Shown in pieces: positions 50,355 through 59,131 of a stretch of DNA of 64,000 nucleotides. The translations under genes and the position numbers were made by a program. Origin of the DNA: a virus. The stretch lies in the IMG/VR virus record IMGVR_UViG_3300027756_000004; one strand, written 5' to 3'. How positions within the stretch are numbered: position 1 is the stretch's first letter; every line of letters starts with the position of its first letter. Under the pieces are notes generated by a model, which worked only from the letters and a program-made list of their open reading frames with translations, was not told the DNA's origin and made no database searches.

Positions 50355-51287
50355 ATGTCAGACAACACATCTAAATTCGAGCAAATGCTTGAAAAACTTA
50401 CCGCAGATGACAGAACCGGAGCTGAAGCCCTATTTCACGAAATAGTGGTTGAGAAGTCACGTTCGATCTACGAAAATTTATTAGAGACCGACCTTGCTGA
50501 TATCGCAGTGGAAGAAACTTCAACTGAAGAAACCCCTGTGGAAGAAGCAAAAAAAGACAAAGAAATGAAAAAAGCAGACAAAGAAGATTCTAAAAAAGAC
50601 AAAGAAGAAATGAAAAAAGAATCTACTGAAGAAGTTGCCGCTGAGACAACACAAGAAGTTGCTCCAGTAGCAGTGGCTCCAGTGACTGCTGAAGTTGGCG
50701 GAGATGCCACAGACGACATGATCGCTGACATCGAAGACGACAAAGATGCTGAAGACAAAGGTGACGAAAAACCTATGGCTGCAGACATGGAAGACAAAAT
50801 TGTTGATTTAGAAGATGCAGTGGAAGAACTAAAAGCTGAGTTTGAAAAATTAATGTCAAACGATGGCGACAAAGATGCTGAAGACAAAGGCGACAAAGAT
50901 GAAGCCACAGCAACAGAAGTTCAAGTTCCAGCTGAAGAAGTTACACCTGAAGTAGTAGCAACTACAGCACCAATAGCAACAGCAATTAAATCTGAAGAAC
51001 TTAGCGACAGAGAAAGAATGAGAGAATACGTGGACAAAGTGGCAGTGAAACACACTGACGGTTCGGACAACGCAAAATCTCCAACTCCTAAGCAAGCGAA
51101 AGGAATGGCGCAAGCTGTTGATTTCGTTGGTTCAGAAGAAAAAGGTAGACCAGCTCCAAAAGCGGAAATGCATGATGGTGGCAATATTAATACACCAGGC
51201 GCATCTATCAAGTTGGTAAAAGCTAAAGGACCAGAAACTGCTGACAAGTCAGACAATACAAAAAGTATTTTGGCTAACAAGAAATAA
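50355..51287 (+). CDS. Acidic prohead core/scaffold protein
   Basis: Very E/D/K-rich; AAGGAG RBS before ATG 50355; lies between portal and protease. Confidence 0.7.
   Translation: MSDNTSKFEQMLEKLTADDRTGAEALFHEIVVEKSRSIYENLLETDLADIAVEETSTEETPVEEAKKDKEMKKADKEDSKKDKEEMKKESTEEVAAETTQEVAPVAVAPVTAEVGGDATDDMIADIEDDKDAEDKGDEKPMAADMEDKIVDLEDAVEELKAEFEKLMSNDGDKDAEDKGDKDEATATEVQVPAEEVTPEVVATTAPIATAIKSEELSDRERMREYVDKVAVKHTDGSDNAKSPTPKQAKGMAQAVDFVGSEEKGRPAPKAEMHDGGNINTPGASIKLVKAKGPETADKSDNTKSILANKK
50738..50890 (+). repeat. 24-nt direct repeat encoding DKDAEDKG
   Basis: cgacaaagatgctgaagacaaagg at 50738-50761 and 50867-50890. Confidence 0.85.
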
Positions 51288-51311
51288 AGTTAAGGACTAA
51301 TATAGTATAAG

Positions 51312-51932
51312 ATGTTTACATTACGCGAAACATTGTCATTTGACCAAGCAAGTTTGGTCATTGAGTCTGCTGAAGACAAAAACGGGGGCAAGAGCCTTTA
51401 CATGAAAGGTATCTGCATTCAAGGCGGCGTCAAAAACGCCAACCAAAGAGTGTATCCTGTTAGTGAAATCAGTAGGGCTGTCAACACACTCAACGATCAG
51501 ATCAAAGGTGGTTATTCAGTGTTGGGCGAAGTGGATCATCCAGAAGGCCTTAATGTTAATTTGGACCGTGTGAGTCACATGCTGTCAAGCATGTGGATGG
51601 ATGGCCCAAATGGACATGGCAAACTAAAAATATTACCTACGCCGATGGGACTGCTAGTTAAGACCATGCTGGAAAGCGGAGTCAAACTAGGAGTTTCATC
51701 GCGTGGTTCAGGCAACGTCAAAGAAGACGGATCCGGACAAGTGAGTGATTTTGAAATCATCACTGTGGACATAGTGGCTCAACCGTCAGCTCCGGGAGCC
51801 TATCCAACACCAATTTATGAACATCTTTTGAACACAAAAGGTGGTTATAGAGCTTTAAACATCGCAAGGGACACACAGGCACAAGAATACTTAAAGGAAC
51901 AACTGGTGAATATCATCAGTAAACTCCGTTAA
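51312..51932 (+). CDS. Prohead protease, T4 gp21-like
   Basis: KNANQRVYP, LGEVDHP, LDRVSH, TPMG, LGVSSRGSG, VDIVAQPSAPGA. Confidence 0.95.
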   Translation: MFTLRETLSFDQASLVIESAEDKNGGKSLYMKGICIQGGVKNANQRVYPVSEISRAVNTLNDQIKGGYSVLGEVDHPEGLNVNLDRVSHMLSSMWMDGPNGHGKLKILPTPMGLLVKTMLESGVKLGVSSRGSGNVKEDGSGQVSDFEIITVDIVAQPSAPGAYPTPIYEHLLNTKGGYRALNIARDTQAQEYLKEQLVNIISKLR

Positions 51933-51952
51933 ACTAATTAGGAGAAAATATA

Positions 51953-53041
51953 ATGTTAGATGCACTGAAATCACTTTTTGAAAACAATGTAGTTTCCAAA
52001 GAGATCAGAGCCGAAATAGAAACAGCTTGGGCAGCCAAAATTGAAGAAAACAAAGTGGCAGCCACAGCAGAACTACGCGAAGAGTTCGCTAAGAAGTATG
52101 CACAAGACAAACAGCAAATGATTGACGCTGTGGACAAACTTGTTACAGAAAAATTAGCAACTGAGATTGCTGAGTTTGCAGATGATCGCAAACAATTGGC
52201 AGATCAGACAGCACAATACGCAGTGAATATGAAACAACATTCAGAATCATTGAAAAATTTTGTGTTTGAAAGACTTGCAGCGGAAATTCAAGAACTACAC
52301 GCAGATCAAAAAGTTGTGTCTGAAAATTTCAGCAGACTTGAAGAGTTTGTGGTAGAGGCTCTATCGAAAGAAATAGCAGAGTTTCATCAAGATAAACAAG
52401 ACCTAGCAGAAACCAAAGTACGTCTGATCAGAGAAGCCAAAGAGCATTTTGCTAAAGTTCGTAAGAGCTTTATTGAAAAGAGTTCTAAAGTGGTATCTGA
52501 TACAGTTAGCAAAGTTCTTACCAAAGAAATTGGCCAACTTAAAGAAGACATTGATTCTGCTCGTAAAAATGACTTTGGACGCAGATTGTTTGAGACATTT
52601 TCAGAAGAGTATGCTTCGAGCTACTTGAATGAAAAATCTGAAACATCTAAACTTCTAAAAGTGGTCAAGATTAAAGACCAACAAATAGAAGATGCGAAAA
52701 AAGCTGCACAAGATAACGCAAAATTGATTGAAGCCAAAGATGCAGAAATCAAATCAGCGAAAGATGCAGCAGAGAGATCAGCAGTTATTGGTGAGCTTAC
52801 AGCTCCTCTTAACACTGAGCAAAAAGAAATAATGAAAAACTTACTGGAATCAGTTCAAACAACAAAATTAAGATCAGCGTTTGACAAGTACATGCCATCA
52901 GTAATCAACGGCGGTACTGCACCAGCGAAGAAACAGGCTTTAAAAGAAGGCACAGAAATAACAGGCGACAAAACACAAACTAACGTTAGACAGGTGTTTG
53001 ACAGCAATATATTTGCTATCAGAAGACTTGCCGGTTTATAA
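51953..53041 (+). CDS. Prohead scaffold protein, T4 gp22-like
   Basis: Coiled-coil, E/K-rich; lies between protease and capsid genes; AGGAG RBS. Confidence 0.85.
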   Translation: MLDALKSLFENNVVSKEIRAEIETAWAAKIEENKVAATAELREEFAKKYAQDKQQMIDAVDKLVTEKLATEIAEFADDRKQLADQTAQYAVNMKQHSESLKNFVFERLAAEIQELHADQKVVSENFSRLEEFVVEALSKEIAEFHQDKQDLAETKVRLIREAKEHFAKVRKSFIEKSSKVVSDTVSKVLTKEIGQLKEDIDSARKNDFGRRLFETFSEEYASSYLNEKSETSKLLKVVKIKDQQIEDAKKAAQDNAKLIEAKDAEIKSAKDAAERSAVIGELTAPLNTEQKEIMKNLLESVQTTKLRSAFDKYMPSVINGGTAPAKKQALKEGTEITGDKTQTNVRQVFDSNIFAIRRLAGL

Positions 53042-53067
53042 ACAAAAACAAATAGGAGACAAATAAA

Positions 53068-54237
53068 ATGTCAGAACTAACAGAAGCACGCTGGTCAGAA
53101 ACAAAAGCAGCATTGTTAGAAGGGCTAAAAGGTAACAGAAAATCTGTTATGGATGTGACTCTTGAAAATACTAGAAAGTATATCAATGAATCAGCATCAA
53201 CTGGAGCTACTTCTGCAGGCAACGTTGCTACTCTAAACAGAGTAATTCTACCAGTAATAAGACGGGTTATGCCAACTGTTATCGCCAACGAATTAGTAGG
53301 CGTGCAGCCAATGACTGGCCCAGTGGGACAAATCCACACGTTAAGAGTAAGATACGCAGAAGCATCAAGCGGTACAACTACAACTACTGCTGGTGAAGAA
53401 GCTTTATCACCGTTCAAAATCGCAGAAGCATATTCTGGCGACAACTCATCTACTAAAGCAGGTGCTACATCAGCTTTAGAAGGTACGGCTGGTAAAAAAC
53501 TATCAATCCAAATCTTGAAGCAAACTGTAGAAGCCAAAAGCAGAAAATTGTCTGCAAACTGGACCTTCGAAGCAGCTCAAGACGCTCAAGCTCAACAAGG
53601 TATCGACATCGAAGCAGAAATCATGGCAGCATTAGCTCAAGAGATTACTGCAGAGATTGACCAGGAAATCATTGGTTCATTAAGCACGTTAGCTGGAACA
53701 GCTTTCTCAACTTATGACCAACAAGGTGTTTCTGGAACTGCAACTTTCGTCGGTGACGAACACGCAGCTCTTGCTATCTTGATCAACAGAGCAGCAAACG
53801 CGATTGCACAAAGAACAAGAAGAGGCGCTGGAAACTACGCTGTAGTATCTCCAACTGCTTTAACTATCCTTCAATCAGCTACAACTTCAGCGTTCGCAAG
53901 ATCAACTGAAGGCACATTCGAAGCACCAACTAACAACAAATTAGTAGGAACTTTGAACAGCTCAATGAAAGTATACGTTAATACCTATGCAGCTAACGAC
54001 GATGTTATAGTAGGATACAAAGGTTCATCAGAAGCTGATGCTCCTGCATTCTATTGCCCATACATTCCGTTGATGTCATCTGGTGTTGTTCTTAACCCAA
54101 CTACATTCGAACCAACTGTTTCTTTCTTAACAAGATACGGTTACGTAGAATTGTCAAACACTGCGTCATCTCTTGGTAACGCAGCTGACTACTTGGCTAA
54201 AGTGGCAATAACGACTAACAACTTGTCGTTCTCTTAA
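53068..54237 (+). CDS. Major capsid protein, T4 gp23-like
   Basis: ELVGVQPMTGPVGQI, VEAKSRKL, QDAQA..GIDIEAE, EITAEIDQE, TRRGAGN, FYCPYIPL, FLTRYG. Confidence 0.97.
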   Translation: MSELTEARWSETKAALLEGLKGNRKSVMDVTLENTRKYINESASTGATSAGNVATLNRVILPVIRRVMPTVIANELVGVQPMTGPVGQIHTLRVRYAEASSGTTTTTAGEEALSPFKIAEAYSGDNSSTKAGATSALEGTAGKKLSIQILKQTVEAKSRKLSANWTFEAAQDAQAQQGIDIEAEIMAALAQEITAEIDQEIIGSLSTLAGTAFSTYDQQGVSGTATFVGDEHAALAILINRAANAIAQRTRRGAGNYAVVSPTALTILQSATTSAFARSTEGTFEAPTNNKLVGTLNSSMKVYVNTYAANDDVIVGYKGSSEADAPAFYCPYIPLMSSGVVLNPTTFEPTVSFLTRYGYVELSNTASSLGNAADYLAKVAITTNNLSFS

Positions 54238-54259
54238 TAGATCGATCAGTAACAATATT

Positions 54260-54294
54260 AAAAATGGGGGGTGTCAAAACCCCTCATTTTTTTT
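54260..54294 (+). terminator. Rho-independent terminator after the capsid gene
   Basis: atggggggt-gtcaaa-acccctcat stem followed by a T-tract. Confidence 0.85.
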
Positions 54295-54307
54295 GACTGC
54301 AACATCA

Positions 54308-54336
54308 TTGACGCAGACCAAAATATCCTATACAAT
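54308..54336 (+). promoter_or_regulatory. sigma70-type promoter for hemB
   Basis: TTGACG-17 nt-TACAAT. Confidence 0.8.
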
Positions 54337-54353
54337 ACACTTACCAAAATATT

Positions 54354-55202
54354 ATGAGCAAAGGTAACATTGTGCAAAAGATCAGACTGATACAACCTAT
54401 ATTTGTGAATGACACAGCAGATTCTCAGACCACTGTGTTGGGCGCAGACAATGCCAATCACAGTGTGAGTGGCCTAATCACCAGAATTGAACAGGATCTA
54501 GACTTGGGTCAAAAAGATTTTTTATTGTTTGTGACCACCAAACAAAAACAAAACAACAGTGATTGGAGCATGCATGCCAAAATTATTGACACCATCAAAC
54601 AACGTTTTGCCGAACGCATTCATCTCACAGTGGATGTGTGCTTGTGTGGTGTGCGTGAAGATGGTCACTGCTGTGTGCCAGATGATGCCATATTGACACA
54701 ACAACAGTTGGGCACATTGGCACAAATTTGTGTGACAGCAGGAGCAGACAGTGTGGCACCCAGTGACATGCAACCTTTCACAGTGGCCACCATCAGAGCA
54801 CTGACCAACATACCCATCATGAGTTATTCCACCAAGTTTCGCAGTGTGCAGTATGCTGCCTTTAGAGAAGTGGTGGACAGTGTGCCCAATTCTGCTCGTT
54901 GGTATCAATTGGATGTGGGGGATAGAGCATCAGCTATTAAGAGTTCCATGCGTTATGCTGCACAAGGTGCAGACTTGCTCATGGTAAAACCTGGCATGAG
55001 CAGCATAGATTTGATTCAACCCATCAAAGAAGCCACCAACAAACCTGTGGGTGTGTATCAGACCAGCAGTGAATGGCTGGCCATACAAGGACATGCTCAA
55101 ATGGATGCAATGCTGAAAGAAACTTGTGTGGTGTTTCAGCGTGCAGGCGCTGCATTCATGATATCATATGGTGCTAGATTGCTGCAAAAATTACTTAAAT
55201 AA
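54354..55202 (+). CDS. hemB: Porphobilinogen synthase / delta-aminolevulinic acid dehydratase (Zn-type)
   Basis: LIQPIFV, DVCLCGVREDGHCC (Zn ligands), VAPSDM, IMSYSTKF (first Schiff-base Lys), YQLD, GADLLMVKPG (second Lys), VYQTSSEW, RAGA..ISY. Alternative GTG start at 54372. Confidence 0.92.
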   Translation: MSKGNIVQKIRLIQPIFVNDTADSQTTVLGADNANHSVSGLITRIEQDLDLGQKDFLLFVTTKQKQNNSDWSMHAKIIDTIKQRFAERIHLTVDVCLCGVREDGHCCVPDDAILTQQQLGTLAQICVTAGADSVAPSDMQPFTVATIRALTNIPIMSYSTKFRSVQYAAFREVVDSVPNSARWYQLDVGDRASAIKSSMRYAAQGADLLMVKPGMSSIDLIQPIKEATNKPVGVYQTSSEWLAIQGHAQMDAMLKETCVVFQRAGAAFMISYGARLLQKLLK

Positions 55203-55206
55203 TTGT

Positions 55207-55488
55207 ATGGAACAGCCAACTGAAAAAGAATTAATGGAATCATATCTAGCTCAGCGCAAACAGTTGGATCAATGGATTCGACATCATCCCATGTTTGCAC
55301 ATGAAATACGTCGCATAAAAAATCAAATAGATCAAATGATGAACAAGCGTGCTGATCTGTTAATCATGTATCGTCAAACACGTCGTGAACACTATTTAGA
55401 ACAGGCTAGAATCACCCTGTTGCAAGCGCAAAATCACCTTAAAACCTTCTCAAAACTAGAGCTATTAGCCACACTGTCAAAAAGATAA
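55207..55488 (+). CDS. Hypothetical helical protein
   Basis: TAAATA-N5-ATG at 55207. Confidence 0.65.
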   Translation: MEQPTEKELMESYLAQRKQLDQWIRHHPMFAHEIRRIKNQIDQMMNKRADLLIMYRQTRREHYLEQARITLLQAQNHLKTFSKLELLATLSKR

Positions 55489-55570
55489 ATAACTGTGCTT
55501 CAAAAATAGTTTTGAAGTTTATGCGGTTTAACCCACCGCGTATAACATAGAACGTTACAGGAGAAAACAA

Positions 55571-55957
55571 ATGGGAAGACCAATAAACAAAACAAAACTA
55601 GGCACATACACAGGTGCCATAGGTATAAGATGTGAAGCCTACATAGGTGGATCAAATCAAAGTGATGTGTTCATTGTGAAACAAGTTGGATCTAAAAGAT
55701 TCAAAGTTCAAGATACATCAGCCTCTACAACAGCAAGAGCCAAATTAGTTGCAACCACACCAGCAGCTCTAGGAGAAATGAGAGTGACTGGTTATGTTGC
55801 AGGATCTGCATCAGGCAACTTGTCCACTATGGGCGGTACTGCCAAATATGCGGCTAAAATAACTCAACGCAGATTTATTGCCAGCACTGGTGATAGATAC
55901 AAATGGACACTTGTGAACGATTCCACAAGAGATTACATTGAATTGACTGCTATATAA
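55571..55957 (+). CDS. Small virion structural protein (putative)
   Basis: MGRPINK..., FIVKQVGSKRFKV; AGGAG RBS; late promoter at 55486. Confidence 0.6.
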   Translation: MGRPINKTKLGTYTGAIGIRCEAYIGGSNQSDVFIVKQVGSKRFKVQDTSASTTARAKLVATTPAALGEMRVTGYVAGSASGNLSTMGGTAKYAAKITQRRFIASTGDRYKWTLVNDSTRDYIELTAI

Positions 55958-55965
55958 TAACACCA

Positions 55966-55985
55966 TGGGGGGAGCAATCCCCCCA
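55966..55985 (+). other. GC-rich hairpin with GCAA (GNRA) tetraloop and no U-tract
   Basis: tgggggga-gcaa-tcccccca in the intergenic gap. Confidence 0.75.
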
Positions 55986-55999
55986 ACTAAAGAGAAAAG

Positions 56000-57190
56000 A
56001 TGACAAAATTTTTAAAAGTACCAAATGGAAATTACAACATAAAAGTCCAGTCTGGTGGAGAAATCAAATTGGACACAGGTGCACAATTGGGCACAGTGCG
56101 TGTCACAGGCAATCTGGTCGTGGAAGGTGACAGCACCACTGTAGAATCAGAAAATTTAGTTGTAAGAGATAATATTATAGTAATCAACAATGGCGAAGCT
56201 GGATCAGGAGTGACTCTAGGCACTGCAGGCATACGTGTGGACAGAGGCAATTTACAAAACGCCACTCTTTTATGGACAGAAGTGGCCAATGGCAATCTTC
56301 CTGCTCCATTCAATACCAACGGAGCATTTAAATTTTCTTTGGTCAATGGTGATCCATTAGGTTTAAGAACCAACAGCATCACATCAGACAACGATATTTT
56401 TTTAGATCCGGGTGGCAGTGGTGCCATAGCAACACCCAAAGTAAACTATGAAACCTATGTGACCAGTGCCAACGATATACCCAACAAAAAATATGTGGAT
56501 GATTTTGTCGTAGCATCCATCACAGGTCTAACATATCCAAAAATTCAGCGAGGCAACACCATAGTGAGAGTGTATGACACTGCTCCAGGTGTCACTGCCA
56601 ACACCATAGGTGCTGCAGGCACAGGCACTGTGGCCACACTAACATTTGCTGCACAGGCAGTGATACCTTTCAACATAGGTGAAATCATTGTGGTTTCAGG
56701 TGTGACTCCTGCGGGTTACAATGGCACCTACACTGTGACCAATTCCAGTGTGAGTTCAGTCAGTTATGCCAACGCCACCACAGGTGCTCAGACAGTGTCA
56801 GGCACAGTGAACTTACAGGGAGATGCAGCCAATCAAGCCACCATTGAAATCGACGGCGTTTTGAAGAATACTTTTTTATCCAACCAAGTGGATTTTTTAC
56901 AACAACAGATTAACCTATCAGAAGTTAGAATACAAGAAAGCACCATTTCAGCACCAGGAACCACACAGGACTTAGTGTTGCAAGCACAAGGAGTTAGATC
57001 TGTAAGGATAGATGACACACTCATGATCAAAGCCACAGGAGCCAACCCAGCACATGACGGAATCGGTTTGAAATTGTATGCAAACGCTCAAGGCACAGGT
57101 AAAACTGGATTATTTTATGTAAATACAAGCAACGTCAGAGACGAAATTATAAGCAAAAATAGGTCTTTGTTGTTCAGTATGATATTTTAG
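56000..57190 (+). CDS. Fibre-like virion structural protein
   Basis: VTGNLVVEG..DNIIVIN, AGIRVDRG, DIPNKKYVD fibre motifs. Confidence 0.7.
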   Translation: MTKFLKVPNGNYNIKVQSGGEIKLDTGAQLGTVRVTGNLVVEGDSTTVESENLVVRDNIIVINNGEAGSGVTLGTAGIRVDRGNLQNATLLWTEVANGNLPAPFNTNGAFKFSLVNGDPLGLRTNSITSDNDIFLDPGGSGAIATPKVNYETYVTSANDIPNKKYVDDFVVASITGLTYPKIQRGNTIVRVYDTAPGVTANTIGAAGTGTVATLTFAAQAVIPFNIGEIIVVSGVTPAGYNGTYTVTNSSVSSVSYANATTGAQTVSGTVNLQGDAANQATIEIDGVLKNTFLSNQVDFLQQQINLSEVRIQESTISAPGTTQDLVLQAQGVRSVRIDDTLMIKATGANPAHDGIGLKLYANAQGTGKTGLFYVNTSNVRDEIISKNRSLLFSMIF

Positions 57191-57196
57191 GAACGT

Positions 57197-57520
57197 ATGG
57201 CTATTAATAACGCACAAATGAGCACAGGAGCACCGGTGGAATTCACAGTATCCGCAGGGCAAAGCTGGGCATTTACCACCATAATGATTTGCAACAAAGG
57301 CAGTGGTGCTGCAACTTTTTCCGTGTATGCAGTGTTATCAGGTGAAGCAGTGTCAGATACTAAAAATAAAATTGTTAACACAGCCAGTGTTGATGCTAAC
57401 GATACCTTTGTGATGGACAGCGAAAAATTAATATTGGAGGCGGGTGACAAATTGTCATTTCAACAGATCGGTGGCACCAATGGTGACTTGCTGGTGACAG
57501 TGAGTTACATTGTAGTGTAA
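57197..57520 (+). CDS. Small virion structural protein
   Basis: 107 aa, beta-rich; EKLILEAGD motif; inside the structural operon. Confidence 0.6.
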   Translation: MAINNAQMSTGAPVEFTVSAGQSWAFTTIMICNKGSGAATFSVYAVLSGEAVSDTKNKIVNTASVDANDTFVMDSEKLILEAGDKLSFQQIGGTNGDLLVTVSYIVV

Positions 57521-59085
57521 TGAGATATATCAAAAGACAGACCACTAATTCACAAACATTTGGCGGACGAGGCATCAATTATGATGCTCAAGAACTCACA
57601 GTGATAGACAGTGCTAGTGCATTGTTGTTGCCCAAAGGCACCACTGGAGCAAGGCCCACTGCACAAGAAGGCATGATCCGTTACAATACCACCACACAAA
57701 ATTTTGAAGCCTATGAAGCAAGTGCTGCATTTGGAACTCCTGGTTGGAAAAAATTTAGAACAGATGAACCCAAACTTATTCATGCACAAAATTTAGGCAA
57801 TGGTGACAACGTGGAAAAATTATTTGGACCATTGGATGCCAATGATGCTGCAACTCCAGTGCCCAGCGCACCAGCACAAGTGTTGTGTATGGTGGAAAAC
57901 GTGTTGCAGATTCCCACTACCAACTATACATTCTTACAAAATCCTTGCTATGTCAGCAGCAATGTTATATCATTTTGGGCCAACATTGCCACGTCAGGCA
58001 AAACTGGTGCAGGTGCATTTGCTCCTGGCGTTTCAGCCATGTTCAGCAACAATTCAGCAATAGTAAATTTTTCCACTGCAGGATTTTACGTGGGGCAAAC
58101 TATTTTTGTATCAGGCAGCACCAACAACAGAGGATTTTTCACAGTGGCATCTGTTTCTGCTACTTTTTTATCAATCAACCAAGCATTTATAAATGAAAAC
58201 GATCCTGGCTATGGCACAGTATCAACTGTAGAAGGATTAGTGAATCAATCAGTGCAGACTGGCACTTATACACAAACATTGGACTCCACAGCAGACACAA
58301 TACAGATCAGCAGCACCGCAGGATTAGAAGTGGACAACATGATTATATTTGATACCACTTCAGGCAACATTGTGGCAGACACCATATATTTTGTAAAAAC
58401 TATCAATGCAGGAGCCAATCAGATCACCATCAGCGCCACAGCAGGAGGCAGCACATTTGACTTGTTAGATGCCAATACTCCCGGCAACTGGTGTGCTGGA
58501 GTGGGCTATGGCAGACAACCATCCGGTAGTTCTGTTGCCACTGCCACTTTTGCTCCGCAAACATTGACCACCACAGCAGCTTCAGGCAATGGTGCCACAG
58601 CTACTTTGTCATTTGCTACACAAGCATTGCCTCCGTTCTACGTGGGACAAACTATTTCAATTTCTGGAGTGACACCCAGCGGCTATGTGCCTGTAGGAAA
58701 CACAGCCGTGGTCACAGCATGCACAGTGAGTTCTGTGAGCTACAGCAATATCACCACAGGTGCACAAACAGTAGCGGGCACTGTGACTGCAGCAGGCAAT
58801 GCAATCACATTGAACAGTACTGCAGGTATGTCAGTAGGTCAAGAAATTAGTTTTGTAGGCACAAACTTTGGAAATTTAGTTGATCAAACCACTTATTTTA
58901 TAAAACAAATACTGGATGGCACACATTTGACCATCAGTGCTACCTACGGTGGTTCTGTGTTTGTTTTAACTCTTGCAGCAGGCTACATGCAAGTGTCCAC
59001 ATTGGGTAATAACCTGTATGTTAATTTCGGCTCCCCAGTGCCTTCAGGCAAGCCTGTGACTGTGCTGCACAATTTTGACAAATAG
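57520..59085 (+). CDS. Fibre-like virion structural protein
   Basis: LPKGTTGARP..GMIRYNT..FEAY motif; repeated beta-sandwich modules. Confidence 0.7.
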   Translation: MRYIKRQTTNSQTFGGRGINYDAQELTVIDSASALLLPKGTTGARPTAQEGMIRYNTTTQNFEAYEASAAFGTPGWKKFRTDEPKLIHAQNLGNGDNVEKLFGPLDANDAATPVPSAPAQVLCMVENVLQIPTTNYTFLQNPCYVSSNVISFWANIATSGKTGAGAFAPGVSAMFSNNSAIVNFSTAGFYVGQTIFVSGSTNNRGFFTVASVSATFLSINQAFINENDPGYGTVSTVEGLVNQSVQTGTYTQTLDSTADTIQISSTAGLEVDNMIIFDTTSGNIVADTIYFVKTINAGANQITISATAGGSTFDLLDANTPGNWCAGVGYGRQPSGSSVATATFAPQTLTTTAASGNGATATLSFATQALPPFYVGQTISISGVTPSGYVPVGNTAVVTACTVSSVSYSNITTGAQTVAGTVTAAGNAITLNSTAGMSVGQEISFVGTNFGNLVDQTTYFIKQILDGTHLTISATYGGSVFVLTLAAGYMQVSTLGNNLYVNFGSPVPSGKPVTVLHNFDK

Positions 59086-59131
59086 CATTTGCACATCCTA
59101 AAATAAATACAATACAAAACAAGGAAATTAA

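Noticed and set aside
38425-54237. Inteins or introns in gp55, gp47, gp46, portal or capsid genes
   Set aside because: Lengths and motif spacing look normal; no intein splice motifs or frame breaks seen
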